From Candidatus Eiseniibacteriota bacterium (GTDB taxonomy: Bacteria > Eisenbacteria > RBG-16-71-46), in contig JBGAMH010000001.1 of NCBI GenBank assembly GCA_044223135.1, positions 1 to 59,174 of the forward strand: a stretch of 59,174 nucleotides of DNA, in the 5' to 3' direction. The notes under the pieces are model-generated. The model saw only the letters and a program-made list of their open reading frames with translations, was not told the origin of the DNA and did no database searches. Below are positions 34,221 to 43,548 of the stretch, one piece after another; positions within the stretch are counted from its first letter, which is position 1, and every line of letters begins with the position of its first letter. Both the position numbers and the translations under genes were made by a program.

Positions 34221-35894
34221 ATGACGGTGTCCTCGCCCCGCTGGTCCGCTCTGTTGCCCGCCGCGCTCGCGGCCTTCGCTCTCGCCGGTTGCTCCCGGGA
34301 CGGCGCCGAACTCGCGCGTGTCGGCGACCACGTGGTCACGCAGGCCGAGTTCGTCGACGTGGCCCGCGACAAGGAATCGCAGTATCCCGGCGACGACGCC
34401 ACCGCCAAGAAGGGGCTGCTCGAGGACATCATCCGCCGCGAGCTGCTGCTGCAGGTGGCGCACCAGCGCGGCGACGACACCACGGCCATCGCGCGCGGCT
34501 TCCGCGAGAAGCTCGAGCGCGAGGTGCTCACGATGGGCCTGGTGGACGAGCTGTCCCCGCAGGCCGTGGGCGTGAGCGACGCCGAGGTGAAGGCGCTGTA
34601 CGAGGCGCGCCGCAACGTGGTGGACGTGTCGCTCATCTTCACCACGGACACGGGGCTGCTGCGGCTGGCGGTCGCCGACCTCGCGCGCGGCATGTCGTTC
34701 GCCGAGGTGGCCGACCGCACGAACAGCCCCGGCATGCTGCCGCCGGCCGGCGCGCTGGGCCCGATGATGCCCGGCCAGCTCGTGCCGCCGCTGGACGCCG
34801 AGATGATCAAGCTGCCGGTGGGCGGCGTGGGCGGGCCGTACGAGACGCCGCAGGGCTGGTTCCTGTTGAAAGTGAACAGCCGCCAGGAGCACGAGCAGGC
34901 GCCGCTCGCCACGCAGCAGTCGATGCTGGCCGAGGCGATCCGGCAGCGGAAGCAGCGCCAGGCGCTCACCACGCGGCTCGCCGACCTGCGCTCCGCCTAC
35001 CACGTCACCCCGGAGCCGGGCGGCGGGCAGGCGCTGTTCGCACTGCTGCAGCCGAGCCGCGTGGACGAGCCCGTCGACCTGGCGAATGCCAACCGCAAGC
35101 AGGTGCTCGCGCGCTGGGACGGCGGCGTGTACACGCTGGGCGACGCGATCAAGGACCTGTCGGCCGAGCGCGAGCGCCCGCCGGCGGCGATGCTGCCCGC
35201 GCTGGAGGGCTGGATCGAGAACCAGGTGATGGCGCGCGTGTCGCTGGCCGAGGCCAGGCGCCGCCACATCGCGGACAAGCCCGCCGTGGCGCGCCAGCTG
35301 CGCGGGCGCTGGGAGGAGTTCCTGCTCGAAGGCGTGTACTCCACGATCATCGCGGAGCTGCCGCCGGCGTCGCCCGAACAGGCGCGAGCGTTCTACGACG
35401 GCGCGAAGGGCCAGTTCGCGCGCCTGCAGAGCGCGCACGTGTACCGCCTGCTCACGTCGGACTCGACGGTGGCGTTCCAGGTGGCGCGACACGGCGGCCA
35501 CGCGGGCACGCTCAAGGAGTCCGCGGCGATGGTGGACCCGAAGCTGGTGGTCGAGGAGCTGAACGTCACGTACCCGAATCCCGACCGCGAGTGGGCGATG
35601 CTCGAGGCCACGCTGCTGCGCATGCCGGACGGCGAATGGGAAGGCCCGGTGCAGACCCCGACCGGCTGGCGGATCCTGCAGCTGATCGACCGCAACGTGG
35701 CCACGCCGTCGTTCGAGCAGCTCGATCCGGGCCTGCAGCAGCGCATCGTGGCGATGGCCTCCGAGATGGATCGCGACCGCAGGCTCGTTTCGTACAGCGA
35801 CTCGCTGCGCACCACGTCGCGCGTGGCCGTGAACGACGCGAACCTGGCGCGCGCGCCGTGGCCGGCGCCGCGCATCATCGCGGTCGGCCCGTGA
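34221..35894 (+). CDS. SurA/PpiD-like lipoprotein, parvulin-type peptidyl-prolyl isomerase
   Basis: Lipobox ALAAFALAGC. SurA-N-like segment VVTQAEFVDVARDK..IIRRELLLQVA. Rotamase-like segments YETPQGWFLLKV and VQTPTGWRILQLI. Confidence 0.7.
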   Translation: MTVSSPRWSALLPAALAAFALAGCSRDGAELARVGDHVVTQAEFVDVARDKESQYPGDDATAKKGLLEDIIRRELLLQVAHQRGDDTTAIARGFREKLEREVLTMGLVDELSPQAVGVSDAEVKALYEARRNVVDVSLIFTTDTGLLRLAVADLARGMSFAEVADRTNSPGMLPPAGALGPMMPGQLVPPLDAEMIKLPVGGVGGPYETPQGWFLLKVNSRQEHEQAPLATQQSMLAEAIRQRKQRQALTTRLADLRSAYHVTPEPGGGQALFALLQPSRVDEPVDLANANRKQVLARWDGGVYTLGDAIKDLSAERERPPAAMLPALEGWIENQVMARVSLAEARRRHIADKPAVARQLRGRWEEFLLEGVYSTIIAELPPASPEQARAFYDGAKGQFARLQSAHVYRLLTSDSTVAFQVARHGGHAGTLKESAAMVDPKLVVEELNVTYPNPDREWAMLEATLLRMPDGEWEGPVQTPTGWRILQLIDRNVATPSFEQLDPGLQQRIVAMASEMDRDRRLVSYSDSLRTTSRVAVNDANLARAPWPAPRIIAVGP

Positions 35895-38011
35895 GTCGGC
35901 CCCGCACGATCGCGGCGGCCGTGCTCGCGCTGTCGCTCGTGCGGGCATTCGCACCGGTGTCCGCACGCGCGCAGACGGTCGCCGAGTCGGTCGGCGATCG
36001 CATCGTCCGCTTCCACGCCGACACCGCCGCGCGCGACGCGGCGCTGCCGTCGCTCGCGCTGGCGAAACCGCTGCCGGCGCAGGGCCCCGCGCCGGAGGGT
36101 TTCCCGGTGCGGCCGCGCTTCGAACGGCGCATGGGCGGCCAGGTCGTGCACATCGACATCGAGCGCGGCACGTCGCTGTACGGCGCCGGCGAGAGCATCG
36201 GGCCGCTGCAGCTGAACGGCCGCCAGGTGCTGTGCTGGAACACCGACGCGTACGCGTACCGCGACCCGGCGCTGTACCAGTCGCACCCGTGGGTGCTCGC
36301 GGTGCGCGCCGACGGCAGCGCGTTCGGCGTGCTCGCCGACACTCCGAACCGCATCGTGTGCGACTTCGCGAGCGGCATCGAGTTCCGCGCGCAGGGTCCG
36401 GCGTTCCCGGTGATCGTGATCGACCGCGGCTCGCCGCAGGCCGTGCTGCAGGCGCTCGCCGCGCTCGTGGGCACGATGCCGCTGCCGCCGAAGTGGGCGC
36501 TGGGCTACCAGCAGTGCCGCTTCTCGTACTGGCCCGATTCCGAGGTCGTGCAGGTGGCGAAGACGTTCCGCACGAAGCGCATTCCGTGCGACGTGCTCTG
36601 GTACGACATCGACTACATGGACGGCTTCCGCAGCTTCACGTGGCACCCGCGCGGGTTCTCCGACCCGGTCGCGCTGCACCGCGTGCTCGCCGCGCAGGGC
36701 TTCCGCACCGTGGCGATCCTCGATCCGGGCCTGAAGCGCGACCCGGGCTACTTCGCCTGGGAGCAGGGCACGAAGGGCGACCACTGGGTGAAGACCGCGG
36801 CGGGCGAGCCGTACGTGGGCAAGGTGTGGCCGGGCGAGTGCATGTTCCCCGACTTCACGCGCGCCGCCACGCGGCGGTGGTGGGCGGGGCTCGTCTCCGA
36901 CTTCATGAAGGACCGTCTCGACGGGCTGTGGAACGACATGAACGAGCCCGCGATCTTCGAGACACCCACGAAGACCATGCCCGAGACCAACCGCCACGAC
37001 GCCGACCCGGAGCTGGGCGGGCCGAGTTTCCATTCGCGCTACCACAACGTGTATGGCTCGCTCATGGCGCGCGCGTCGCGCGACGGCGCGCTGCAGGCCT
37101 ATCCCGAACGCCGCCCGTTCGTGCTGTCGCGCGCGGGTTACATCGGCGACCAGCGCTGGGCCGCCACGTGGACCGGCGACAATCGCGCCACCTGGGAGCA
37201 CCTGCGGCTCTCCGTGCCGATGACGCTGTCGCTGGGCCTGTCGGGCCAGCCGTTCGCGGGCCCCGACCTGGGCGGCTTCGGCGGCAGCCCCGACGCGGCG
37301 CTCTACTCGCGCTGGATCGGCGTGGGCGCGCTGTTCCCGTTCGCCCGCGGCCACAGCGAGAAGGGCTCCGCGCGCCGCGAACCGTGGAGCTACGGCGCCG
37401 CGGTCGAGGCCACCGGCCGCCGCGCGCTCGAGGTGCGCTACCGCCTGATGCCCTACCTGTACACGCTGTTCGAGGAAGCCTCGCGCACCGGGCTGCCGGT
37501 GATGCGGCCGGTGTTCTTCATCGACCCGCGCGACATCACGCTGCGCGCCGAGCAGCAGAGCTTCCTGCTCGGCGCGGACCTGCTGGTGCAGGCCGCGCTC
37601 GACGAGCAGCCTTCGGCGGCCAGCACCGTGAGCGAGCGGCTCGCGCGCCGGGGCGCGTCGTGGCGGCTCGCGAACGTGCTCGCCACGAGCGACGCCGCGA
37701 ACGACGCGAACCTGCCCAGGCTGTACGTGCGCCCGGGGGCCGTGATCCCGCTGGGCCCGGTGATGCAGCACGTGGACGAGCACCCGCTCGAGGAGGTGAC
37801 GCTGCTCGTGTCGCTCGACGCGAACGGCCGCGCGCGCGGCACGCTCTACGAGGACGCGGGCGACGGCTGGGGCTTCCAGAAGGGCGAGTACCGCCGCTCC
37901 ACGATCGTGGTGGAGCGCCGCGGTAAGGACGTGAACGTGCGCGTCACGTCGGACGACGGCACGTGGAAGCCGCCCGGCAAGCGCACCTACACGGCGGTCG
38001 TGCTGGAGTGA
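35891..38011 (+). CDS. GH31 alpha-glucosidase, secreted
   Basis: The GTG start overlaps the upstream TGA (GTGA). Signal peptide VSRPRTIAAAVLALSLVRAFAPVSARA. Motifs DVLWYDIDYMDGFRSFTW, DGLWNDMNEPAIF (nucleophile region) and ATWTGDNRATWEHL. Confidence 0.9.
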   Translation: MSRPRTIAAAVLALSLVRAFAPVSARAQTVAESVGDRIVRFHADTAARDAALPSLALAKPLPAQGPAPEGFPVRPRFERRMGGQVVHIDIERGTSLYGAGESIGPLQLNGRQVLCWNTDAYAYRDPALYQSHPWVLAVRADGSAFGVLADTPNRIVCDFASGIEFRAQGPAFPVIVIDRGSPQAVLQALAALVGTMPLPPKWALGYQQCRFSYWPDSEVVQVAKTFRTKRIPCDVLWYDIDYMDGFRSFTWHPRGFSDPVALHRVLAAQGFRTVAILDPGLKRDPGYFAWEQGTKGDHWVKTAAGEPYVGKVWPGECMFPDFTRAATRRWWAGLVSDFMKDRLDGLWNDMNEPAIFETPTKTMPETNRHDADPELGGPSFHSRYHNVYGSLMARASRDGALQAYPERRPFVLSRAGYIGDQRWAATWTGDNRATWEHLRLSVPMTLSLGLSGQPFAGPDLGGFGGSPDAALYSRWIGVGALFPFARGHSEKGSARREPWSYGAAVEATGRRALEVRYRLMPYLYTLFEEASRTGLPVMRPVFFIDPRDITLRAEQQSFLLGADLLVQAALDEQPSAASTVSERLARRGASWRLANVLATSDAANDANLPRLYVRPGAVIPLGPVMQHVDEHPLEEVTLLVSLDANGRARGTLYEDAGDGWGFQKGEYRRSTIVVERRGKDVNVRVTSDDGTWKPPGKRTYTAVVLE

Positions 38012-38033
38012 GGCGACGACCGGCCCGGAGCGC

Positions 38034-38987
38034 TCACCAGCACTTCGGGCCCAGCAGCATCTCCCCGATCACGCGCGCGAGGTCGCCGGAGTTGTTCGTG
38101 CCGATGCGGCCCATCGCGGCATCACCCGCGCCGCCGCTGCAGTTGCCCATCGCGATGCCGAGCGAGAACTCGCGCAGCATCTCGGCGTCGTTGCCGCTGT
38201 CGCCGAACGTGATCAGGCGCGTGGGGCGCTCCGCGAGCGTCGCCAGCCCGGCGCGGATCGCGGCGGCCTTCGACACGCCGGGCGCGAGCGCCTCCACGGT
38301 GCCCTTGCCACTGCGCACCACCTTCGCGTAGCGGCCGAGCGCGGCGCGCACGGCGCGCTCCAGCGTGTCGGCGGCGGCGGAGTCGCGCGCGAACGCGAGC
38401 AGCTTGAGTGGCGGCTCCTGCACGGCGGCGCTGCCCCGGGCCGACCACGGCTGCGGCTCGAGCGGCAGGCGGTAGGAACGCGCGAAGTCCGCCTCGGTGG
38501 CGGTGCCGAGCACGCCCCACGTGTGCGTGCGCGACTGCACGAGCACGCCCGTGGCACCGCTCACGCCGCGGAACGCCTGCGACGCGCGCGCGACCGCGGC
38601 GGTCTTCATGGGCCACGAGGCGAGCAGCCGGCCGTCGGGAGTTTCCACCAGCGCGCCGTTGAACAGCACCACCGGCAGATCGGCGTGCAGCGCGGTGATC
38701 GCCGCGTCGGCCTGCGCGCGCACGCGCCCGGTGGCGACGCCCACGCGGCCGCCGCACGCCTGGAAGCGCTGCACCGCGGCCGTGGTCGCGGCAGGCACGG
38801 CGCCGGTGCTGTCGAGCGTGGTGCCGTCCAGGTCGAGCACGACGGCCTGCACGCGCAGTTGCAGGTCCGCGTGCGACGGCGTGGCGACGGTGACGGACAG
38901 GGGCACGAGCATCAGCAGGGCGGCGAGCACGCCGCGCCGTGCGGGCCCGGGCGAAGATCGAGTCGAATCGTGCACACGAGATCTCAT
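38034..38987 (-). CDS. Cof-type HAD-IIB hydrolase with signal peptide
   Basis: Motifs VVLDLDGTTLDS (motif I) and ITFGDSGNDAEMLREFSLGIAMGN (motif IV). N-terminal hydrophobic segment VLAALLMLVPLSVTVATPSHA. Confidence 0.85.
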   Translation of the reverse strand: MRSRVHDSTRSSPGPARRGVLAALLMLVPLSVTVATPSHADLQLRVQAVVLDLDGTTLDSTGAVPAATTAAVQRFQACGGRVGVATGRVRAQADAAITALHADLPVVLFNGALVETPDGRLLASWPMKTAAVARASQAFRGVSGATGVLVQSRTHTWGVLGTATEADFARSYRLPLEPQPWSARGSAAVQEPPLKLLAFARDSAAADTLERAVRAALGRYAKVVRSGKGTVEALAPGVSKAAAIRAGLATLAERPTRLITFGDSGNDAEMLREFSLGIAMGNCSGGAGDAAMGRIGTNNSGDLARVIGEMLLGPKCW

Positions 38988-39268
38988 GGCGACCCCTCCG
39001 CCCGCAGGGTGGACCGGCCGCGCGGATCGATCAACCGTGGGCGCCACTCGCAACCACAGTTGCGAGGCGTGGGGGCTCGCCCGCCCCGCCGGAATGGCAG
39101 GCCTCGCGTACGCGACGACGATCGGGACTCGCCCCGGAACGCATGCCGTCGCTCGAGGCGGTTTCTTCGTTGTCCCGCCGACACACCTCCACTAGGTTCC
39201 GATCACTCTCCTCCCTCTCCCTCGCCGGTCGTCGAGCGCCACCGTCCCCCTTCACCGCGAGGAATCCG

Positions 39269-40573
39269 ATGACGCCGCACGCACGCGTACCTGCCGCGCT
39301 GCTCCTGCTGGCCGCGGCCACCGCCGCACACGCCGCGACGGTCACGGAGTTGCCGATGCTGCCCGCGCCCACCAGCCCGTACCCGCCGGCCTTCACGGCG
39401 GCGCCGAGGCCCGTGCACATCAACGCCGGCGGCGACGTGCTGGGCACCGTCACGTTCACGCGCAAGGCGTGCGGCAGCTGCACCGCGCAGACGATCCGGC
39501 GTTCGTTCCTCGTCTCGAACGGCGTCGCCACGCAGGTGGGCATCGACGAGTTCATCGCGTCCGACATGAACGACGCCGGCGAGATCGTGGGCAACTGGCG
39601 CGACACGTGGGGCACCGGCGCCACGTGGGCCTATCGCATCGACGCCGGGGCCATGGTGCCGCTCGACACGGTGCCCCACTCGGTGATCGACGTGAACAAC
39701 CGGGGCGAGGTGTCGTTCGGACCGTACTTCAACGACCACGGCGTGCAGGCCGCGCTGATGAGCGACACCGAGCACGGCACGCACGTGTTCAAGTGGGCGG
39801 GCGAGTTCCCGGCCAACGACGTGAGCTGCTCCGTGCCCTCGCCGCTCTACGAGTGCGTCACCGGCATGACCACCGGCTTCGACGCCGTGCACGCGCTGAA
39901 CGACGGCGCGACGCCCGCCGAGGCGATGGCCGTGGGCGAGGATCGCGACAACCCGTGGTCCTCGAGCTACGGCCGCCAGCACGCGTTCGTGGGCTGGCAG
40001 GGCGTCACGACCGATCTCTCCAGCGGCTTCACGGCGGCGGCACTGGCGGTGAACGACGCCGGACTGATCGTGGGCTACGACGACGGCCAGGCGGTGCTCT
40101 GGGCGCCGGATGCCGCGGGCGGCTGGTCGGAGCACACCGTCGCGTCGCTCGTGAACGACCCGAGCTGGACGTTCCGGCAGGCGACCACCGTCAACGACGC
40201 CGGCGTGGTGGCGGGCTGGGGCACGCACGACGGCGCGCCCGCGATGTTCCTGCTCACGAACGGGCTCGTGGCCGCCGAGCCGCCCGCCGCCGGCGCGGCG
40301 GCGGTGCGCTTCTCGGCCTACCCGAACCCGGCGCGCGGCGCGGTGCGCTTCCGCGGCACGTTGCCGGCCTCGGCGGCGATCGCGCGCATCACCGTGGTGG
40401 ACGTCTCGGGCCGGCGCGTGGCGAGCGTGCGGGCGCCGCTCACGAACGGTGCGTTCGACGCGGGCTGGGACGGCCGCGCCGCGAACGGCGACGCGCTGCG
40501 GGCGGGCATGTACTTCGCGCGCATCGAGGCGGGCGGGCGAGTCGCCCGGACGGCCGTGATGATCGCGCGCTGA
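39269..40573 (+). CDS. secreted HAF-type extracellular repeat protein (tentative) with FlgD-Ig/T9SS-like C-terminal domain
   Basis: Signal peptide MTPHARVPAALLLLAAATAAHA. Repeats MNDAGEIVGNW, VNNRGEVSFG, VNDAGLIVGY and VNDAGVVAGW, with QHAFVGW. The C-terminus reads VRFSAYPNPARGAVRFRG..ITVVDVSGRRVASV..AGMYFARIEAGGRVARTAVMIAR. Confidence 0.8.
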   Translation: MTPHARVPAALLLLAAATAAHAATVTELPMLPAPTSPYPPAFTAAPRPVHINAGGDVLGTVTFTRKACGSCTAQTIRRSFLVSNGVATQVGIDEFIASDMNDAGEIVGNWRDTWGTGATWAYRIDAGAMVPLDTVPHSVIDVNNRGEVSFGPYFNDHGVQAALMSDTEHGTHVFKWAGEFPANDVSCSVPSPLYECVTGMTTGFDAVHALNDGATPAEAMAVGEDRDNPWSSSYGRQHAFVGWQGVTTDLSSGFTAAALAVNDAGLIVGYDDGQAVLWAPDAAGGWSEHTVASLVNDPSWTFRQATTVNDAGVVAGWGTHDGAPAMFLLTNGLVAAEPPAAGAAAVRFSAYPNPARGAVRFRGTLPASAAIARITVVDVSGRRVASVRAPLTNGAFDAGWDGRAANGDALRAGMYFARIEAGGRVARTAVMIAR

Positions 40574-40586
40574 CGGATCTTCCCCC

Positions 40587-40640
40587 CGTCGCCCTTCCCG
40601 GGGCGACGTGCTCGGGCGGGGCGGCCGTACGCCGCCCCGC
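40587..40640. terminator. two adjacent GC hairpins between convergent genes
   Basis: cgtcgccc-ttcccg-gggcgacg at 40587-40608 and gcggggcgg-ccgtacg-ccgccccgc at 40616-40640. The second abuts the cupin stop codon. Confidence 0.4.
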
Positions 40641-41003
40641 TCAGATCCAGTCGAACCGCTTCACCTCGCGCGGGTCCGCCACGCCGCCGGTGTGCTGGAT
40701 GCCCGAGGGCTCCACCAGCACGAAGCGGCACTCTTCCGTGGCGCGCGGCCGGTGCTCTACGCCCTTCGGCACCACGCACAGCTCGCCGGGACCGAGCACC
40801 ACCTCGCCGTCGCGCAGCTCGATCGTCATCGTGCCCGCGATCACCAGGAACAGCTCGTCCTCGTGCTCGTGCGCGTGCCACACGAACTCGCCCTGCATGC
40901 GGCCCACCTTCACGTCGCAACCGGCCACCTGCGCGACGATGCGAGGGCTCCACAGCTCGGGCACCTTCGCCAGCTTCTCGGCCAGGTTCACCTTCGTCAG
41001 CAT
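40641..41003 (-). CDS. cupin-domain protein
   Basis: 120 aa. GGAGG lies 4-5 nt before the ATG (M13 of the track ORF). Cupin motifs GEFVWHAHEHEDELFLVIAG and PKGVEHRPRA. Confidence 0.85.
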   Translation of the reverse strand: MLTKVNLAEKLAKVPELWSPRIVAQVAGCDVKVGRMQGEFVWHAHEHEDELFLVIAGTMTIELRDGEVVLGPGELCVVPKGVEHRPRATEECRFVLVEPSGIQHTGGVADPREVKRFDWI

Positions 41004-41095
41004 GCGTCCTCCCCGTGCGCGAAGTGCTCGAAACGGCACGGGCCGCCCGGAGGCGGCCCGTCGGTCGTCGTGATCCGGGCGAGCGCCCGGCGGAA

Positions 41096-42466
41096 CTACA
41101 TCTTGCGGCGGGCGCGGCGCCCGGTGCTGGGCTGCGGGCGACGGCCGTGCTGGATCGGGCCCGAACCGGGGCGCACCGACACCACCGAACCGGCGCTGTC
41201 GCCGCTCACCGGGCCGTGCTGGTCGCGGCGCCGCTCCACGCGCGGGTCGTGTCCGTCGCGGTCGCGGCCACGGCGGCCCCGCTCGCCGCGCTCGTCCGCG
41301 ATGCCGCGCTTGAGCAGCTCGCCCGACAGGGTCTCCGCGCGCTTCTTGTAGTCGAAGTCGGGAAGCGTCACGCGCGGGATGCCGTTGCCGAGGAAGCGCT
41401 CGATGTCCTTCACGCCGCGCTCTTCCTCGCGGCTCATCAGCGTGAACGCGTCACCGGTGGCGTCCTGCCGGCCGGTGCGACCGATGCGGTGCACGTAGTC
41501 CTCGGGCGTGCCGGGAACGTCGAAGTTGATCACGTGCGTGATGTCGTCCACGTCGATGCCGCGCGAGGCGATGTCCGTGGCCACCAGGATCTGCACGCGA
41601 CCGCGGCGCAGGTCGCGCAGCGCGCGTTCGCGCTGGCTCTGCGTGCGGTTGCCGTGCAGCGCCGCCACCGAGTGCCCGCGGCGCTCGAGCTGGCGCGCCA
41701 GGCGGTCGGCGCCGTGCTTGGTGCGCGTGAAGCAGATCACGCTGCCCATGGCGCCGCGCGCCACGAGCGCGTCGAGCAGCTCCACCTTCAGATGACGCGG
41801 CACGGGGTAGACGGCCTGCGTGATGCCCGCGGCGGGCTTCGACGGCGGCGCCAGGTCCACGCGCACCGGGTCGTGCATCGCCTCGTTCGCGACCTTGTTG
41901 AGGTCGGCCGGCATCGTGGCGGAGAACAGCATCGTCTGCCGGTTCTTCGGCAGCAGCCGCAGGATGCGCCGCAGGTCGGGCGCGAAGCCCATGTCCACCA
42001 TGCGGTCGGCCTCGTCGAGCACCAGCATCTCGACGTCCTCGAACGTGACGCTGTCGCGGCCGTACAGGTCGAGCAGCCGCCCCGGCGTGGCCACGAGCAC
42101 GTCCACGCCCTCGCCGCGCAGCATGCGCTCCTGCGGCCCGATGTTGACGCCGCCGTACGCCACGCCCACGCGCAGGCGCGTGTGGCGCGCGTAGTCGCGA
42201 GCGTTGGTCTCCACCTGCGCGGCCAGTTCGCGCGTGGGCACCAGCACGAGCGCGCGGAACGCGTGGGGTCCTTCCACGAGCTGCGACAGGATCGGCAGCA
42301 CGAACGCGGCGGTCTTGCCGCTGCCCGTCTGCGCGGCGGCCACGATGTCGTGGCCCTCGAGAATGAGCGGGATCGCCTTGAGCTGGACGGGCGTGGGAGT
42401 GACGTAGCCGGCGGACCGCACGCCGCGAAGAATGGCGGGCGCGAGCCCCAGATCACTGAATGACAC
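41096..42466 (-). CDS. DEAD-box ATP-dependent RNA helicase with Arg-rich C-terminal tail
   Basis: GTG start 4 nt after GGAGG. Q-motif region YVTPTPVQ, then AAAQTGSGKT, DEAD, SAT and HRIGRTGR. Tail RGERGRRGRDRDG...RRARRKM. Confidence 0.93.
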   Translation of the reverse strand: MSFSDLGLAPAILRGVRSAGYVTPTPVQLKAIPLILEGHDIVAAAQTGSGKTAAFVLPILSQLVEGPHAFRALVLVPTRELAAQVETNARDYARHTRLRVGVAYGGVNIGPQERMLRGEGVDVLVATPGRLLDLYGRDSVTFEDVEMLVLDEADRMVDMGFAPDLRRILRLLPKNRQTMLFSATMPADLNKVANEAMHDPVRVDLAPPSKPAAGITQAVYPVPRHLKVELLDALVARGAMGSVICFTRTKHGADRLARQLERRGHSVAALHGNRTQSQRERALRDLRRGRVQILVATDIASRGIDVDDITHVINFDVPGTPEDYVHRIGRTGRQDATGDAFTLMSREEERGVKDIERFLGNGIPRVTLPDFDYKKRAETLSGELLKRGIADERGERGRRGRDRDGHDPRVERRRDQHGPVSGDSAGSVVSVRPGSGPIQHGRRPQPSTGRRARRKM

Positions 42467-42771
42467 GAAGCCTCCGGAAACAGGGTTGAGGCCCGGAGAG
42501 TGCGGGATCGGCGCGGCCGTGTCGAATCGGCGGCGCGCCGCCGGCGTGCGGCCGGAACCGCCCGGCCGGGGGCCGCGAACCCCGCGCCGGGCCGGAGCGC
42601 GCTGCCGTCGTTCGACTTGGCTCCTGCCGCGGCGGCACCACGGCGAAGCGTGGCGGCCGCGCTCCGGCGCGCGCCGATGCCGGGATCGAGGCCCGCGTGG
42701 AGCCGGAACGGCGCGGGCGCCGCGACGCGGTGTTCCGCGCGGCGGCGCCCGCGACCCGCGTCGACGTCGCG

Positions 42772-43548
42772 CTACCGCAGGCGGCGACGCACCTCCGCCG
42801 CACGGCGCTCGCTGGCTTCCACGCGCGTGCCGTCCTTCAAGCGCAGCACCAGCACGCCGTCCTCGGCGCCGTAGCTCTCGATGGCGTTCACGTTCACGAG
42901 CGCGCCGCGGTGCACGCGCACGAACTGGCCCTCGGGCAGCCGGCCTTCCAGTTCCTGCAGCGTGTAGTCCACCAGGAACTCCTTGCCCTCGCTGCGCGCG
43001 AGCACCAGCCGGTCGCGACTGAACACCAGCGGCACGTCGGCCAGGTCGAGCAGCTTCACCTCGCGGCGGTGCCGCACCGGCAGCCGCAGCAGCGGCGGCG
43101 AGCTGTCGCGCACCGCTTCGTTCGACAGCGCCTCGCGCACGGCGGCGGCGTTGCCGCTGCGGCGCGCGCCCTGCTGCGCCTCGCGCGTCACGCGCTGCAC
43201 GGTCTCGGCGAGCCGTTCGCGGCGGATCGGCTTGAGGACGTAGTCCAGCGCCGCCAGCTCGAACGCCTCGATCGCGTGCTGGTCGTACGCGGTCACGAAC
43301 ACGATCACGGGCGCGTCCTCGCCCTTCAGGTGGCGCGCCACCTCGAGCCCCGACAGGTCGGGCATGTGGATGTCGAGGAACGCGACGTCGGGACGCTGCT
43401 TGGCGATCAGCTGCAGCGCCTCGGCTCCGCCGCGCGCCACGCCCACCACCTCCACGTTCTCGTGCTCGCCCAGCAGCTTCTCCAGGAACTGCCGAGCGCG
43501 CGGCTCGTCGTCGGCGATCACCACACGCAGTCGCGTCACCGTGGTCAC
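42772..43548 (-). CDS. LytR/AlgR-family response regulator (REC + LytTR)
   Basis: The GTG overlaps the kinase TGA (GTGA), with GGAGGG 5 nt upstream. Motifs RVVIADDE, DVAFLDIHMPDLSG, YVLKP and, for LytTR, FVRVHRGALVNVNAI. Confidence 0.9.
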   Translation of the reverse strand: MTTVTRLRVVIADDEPRARQFLEKLLGEHENVEVVGVARGGAEALQLIAKQRPDVAFLDIHMPDLSGLEVARHLKGEDAPVIVFVTAYDQHAIEAFELAALDYVLKPIRRERLAETVQRVTREAQQGARRSGNAAAVREALSNEAVRDSSPPLLRLPVRHRREVKLLDLADVPLVFSRDRLVLARSEGKEFLVDYTLQELEGRLPEGQFVRVHRGALVNVNAIESYGAEDGVLVLRLKDGTRVEASERRAAEVRRRLR

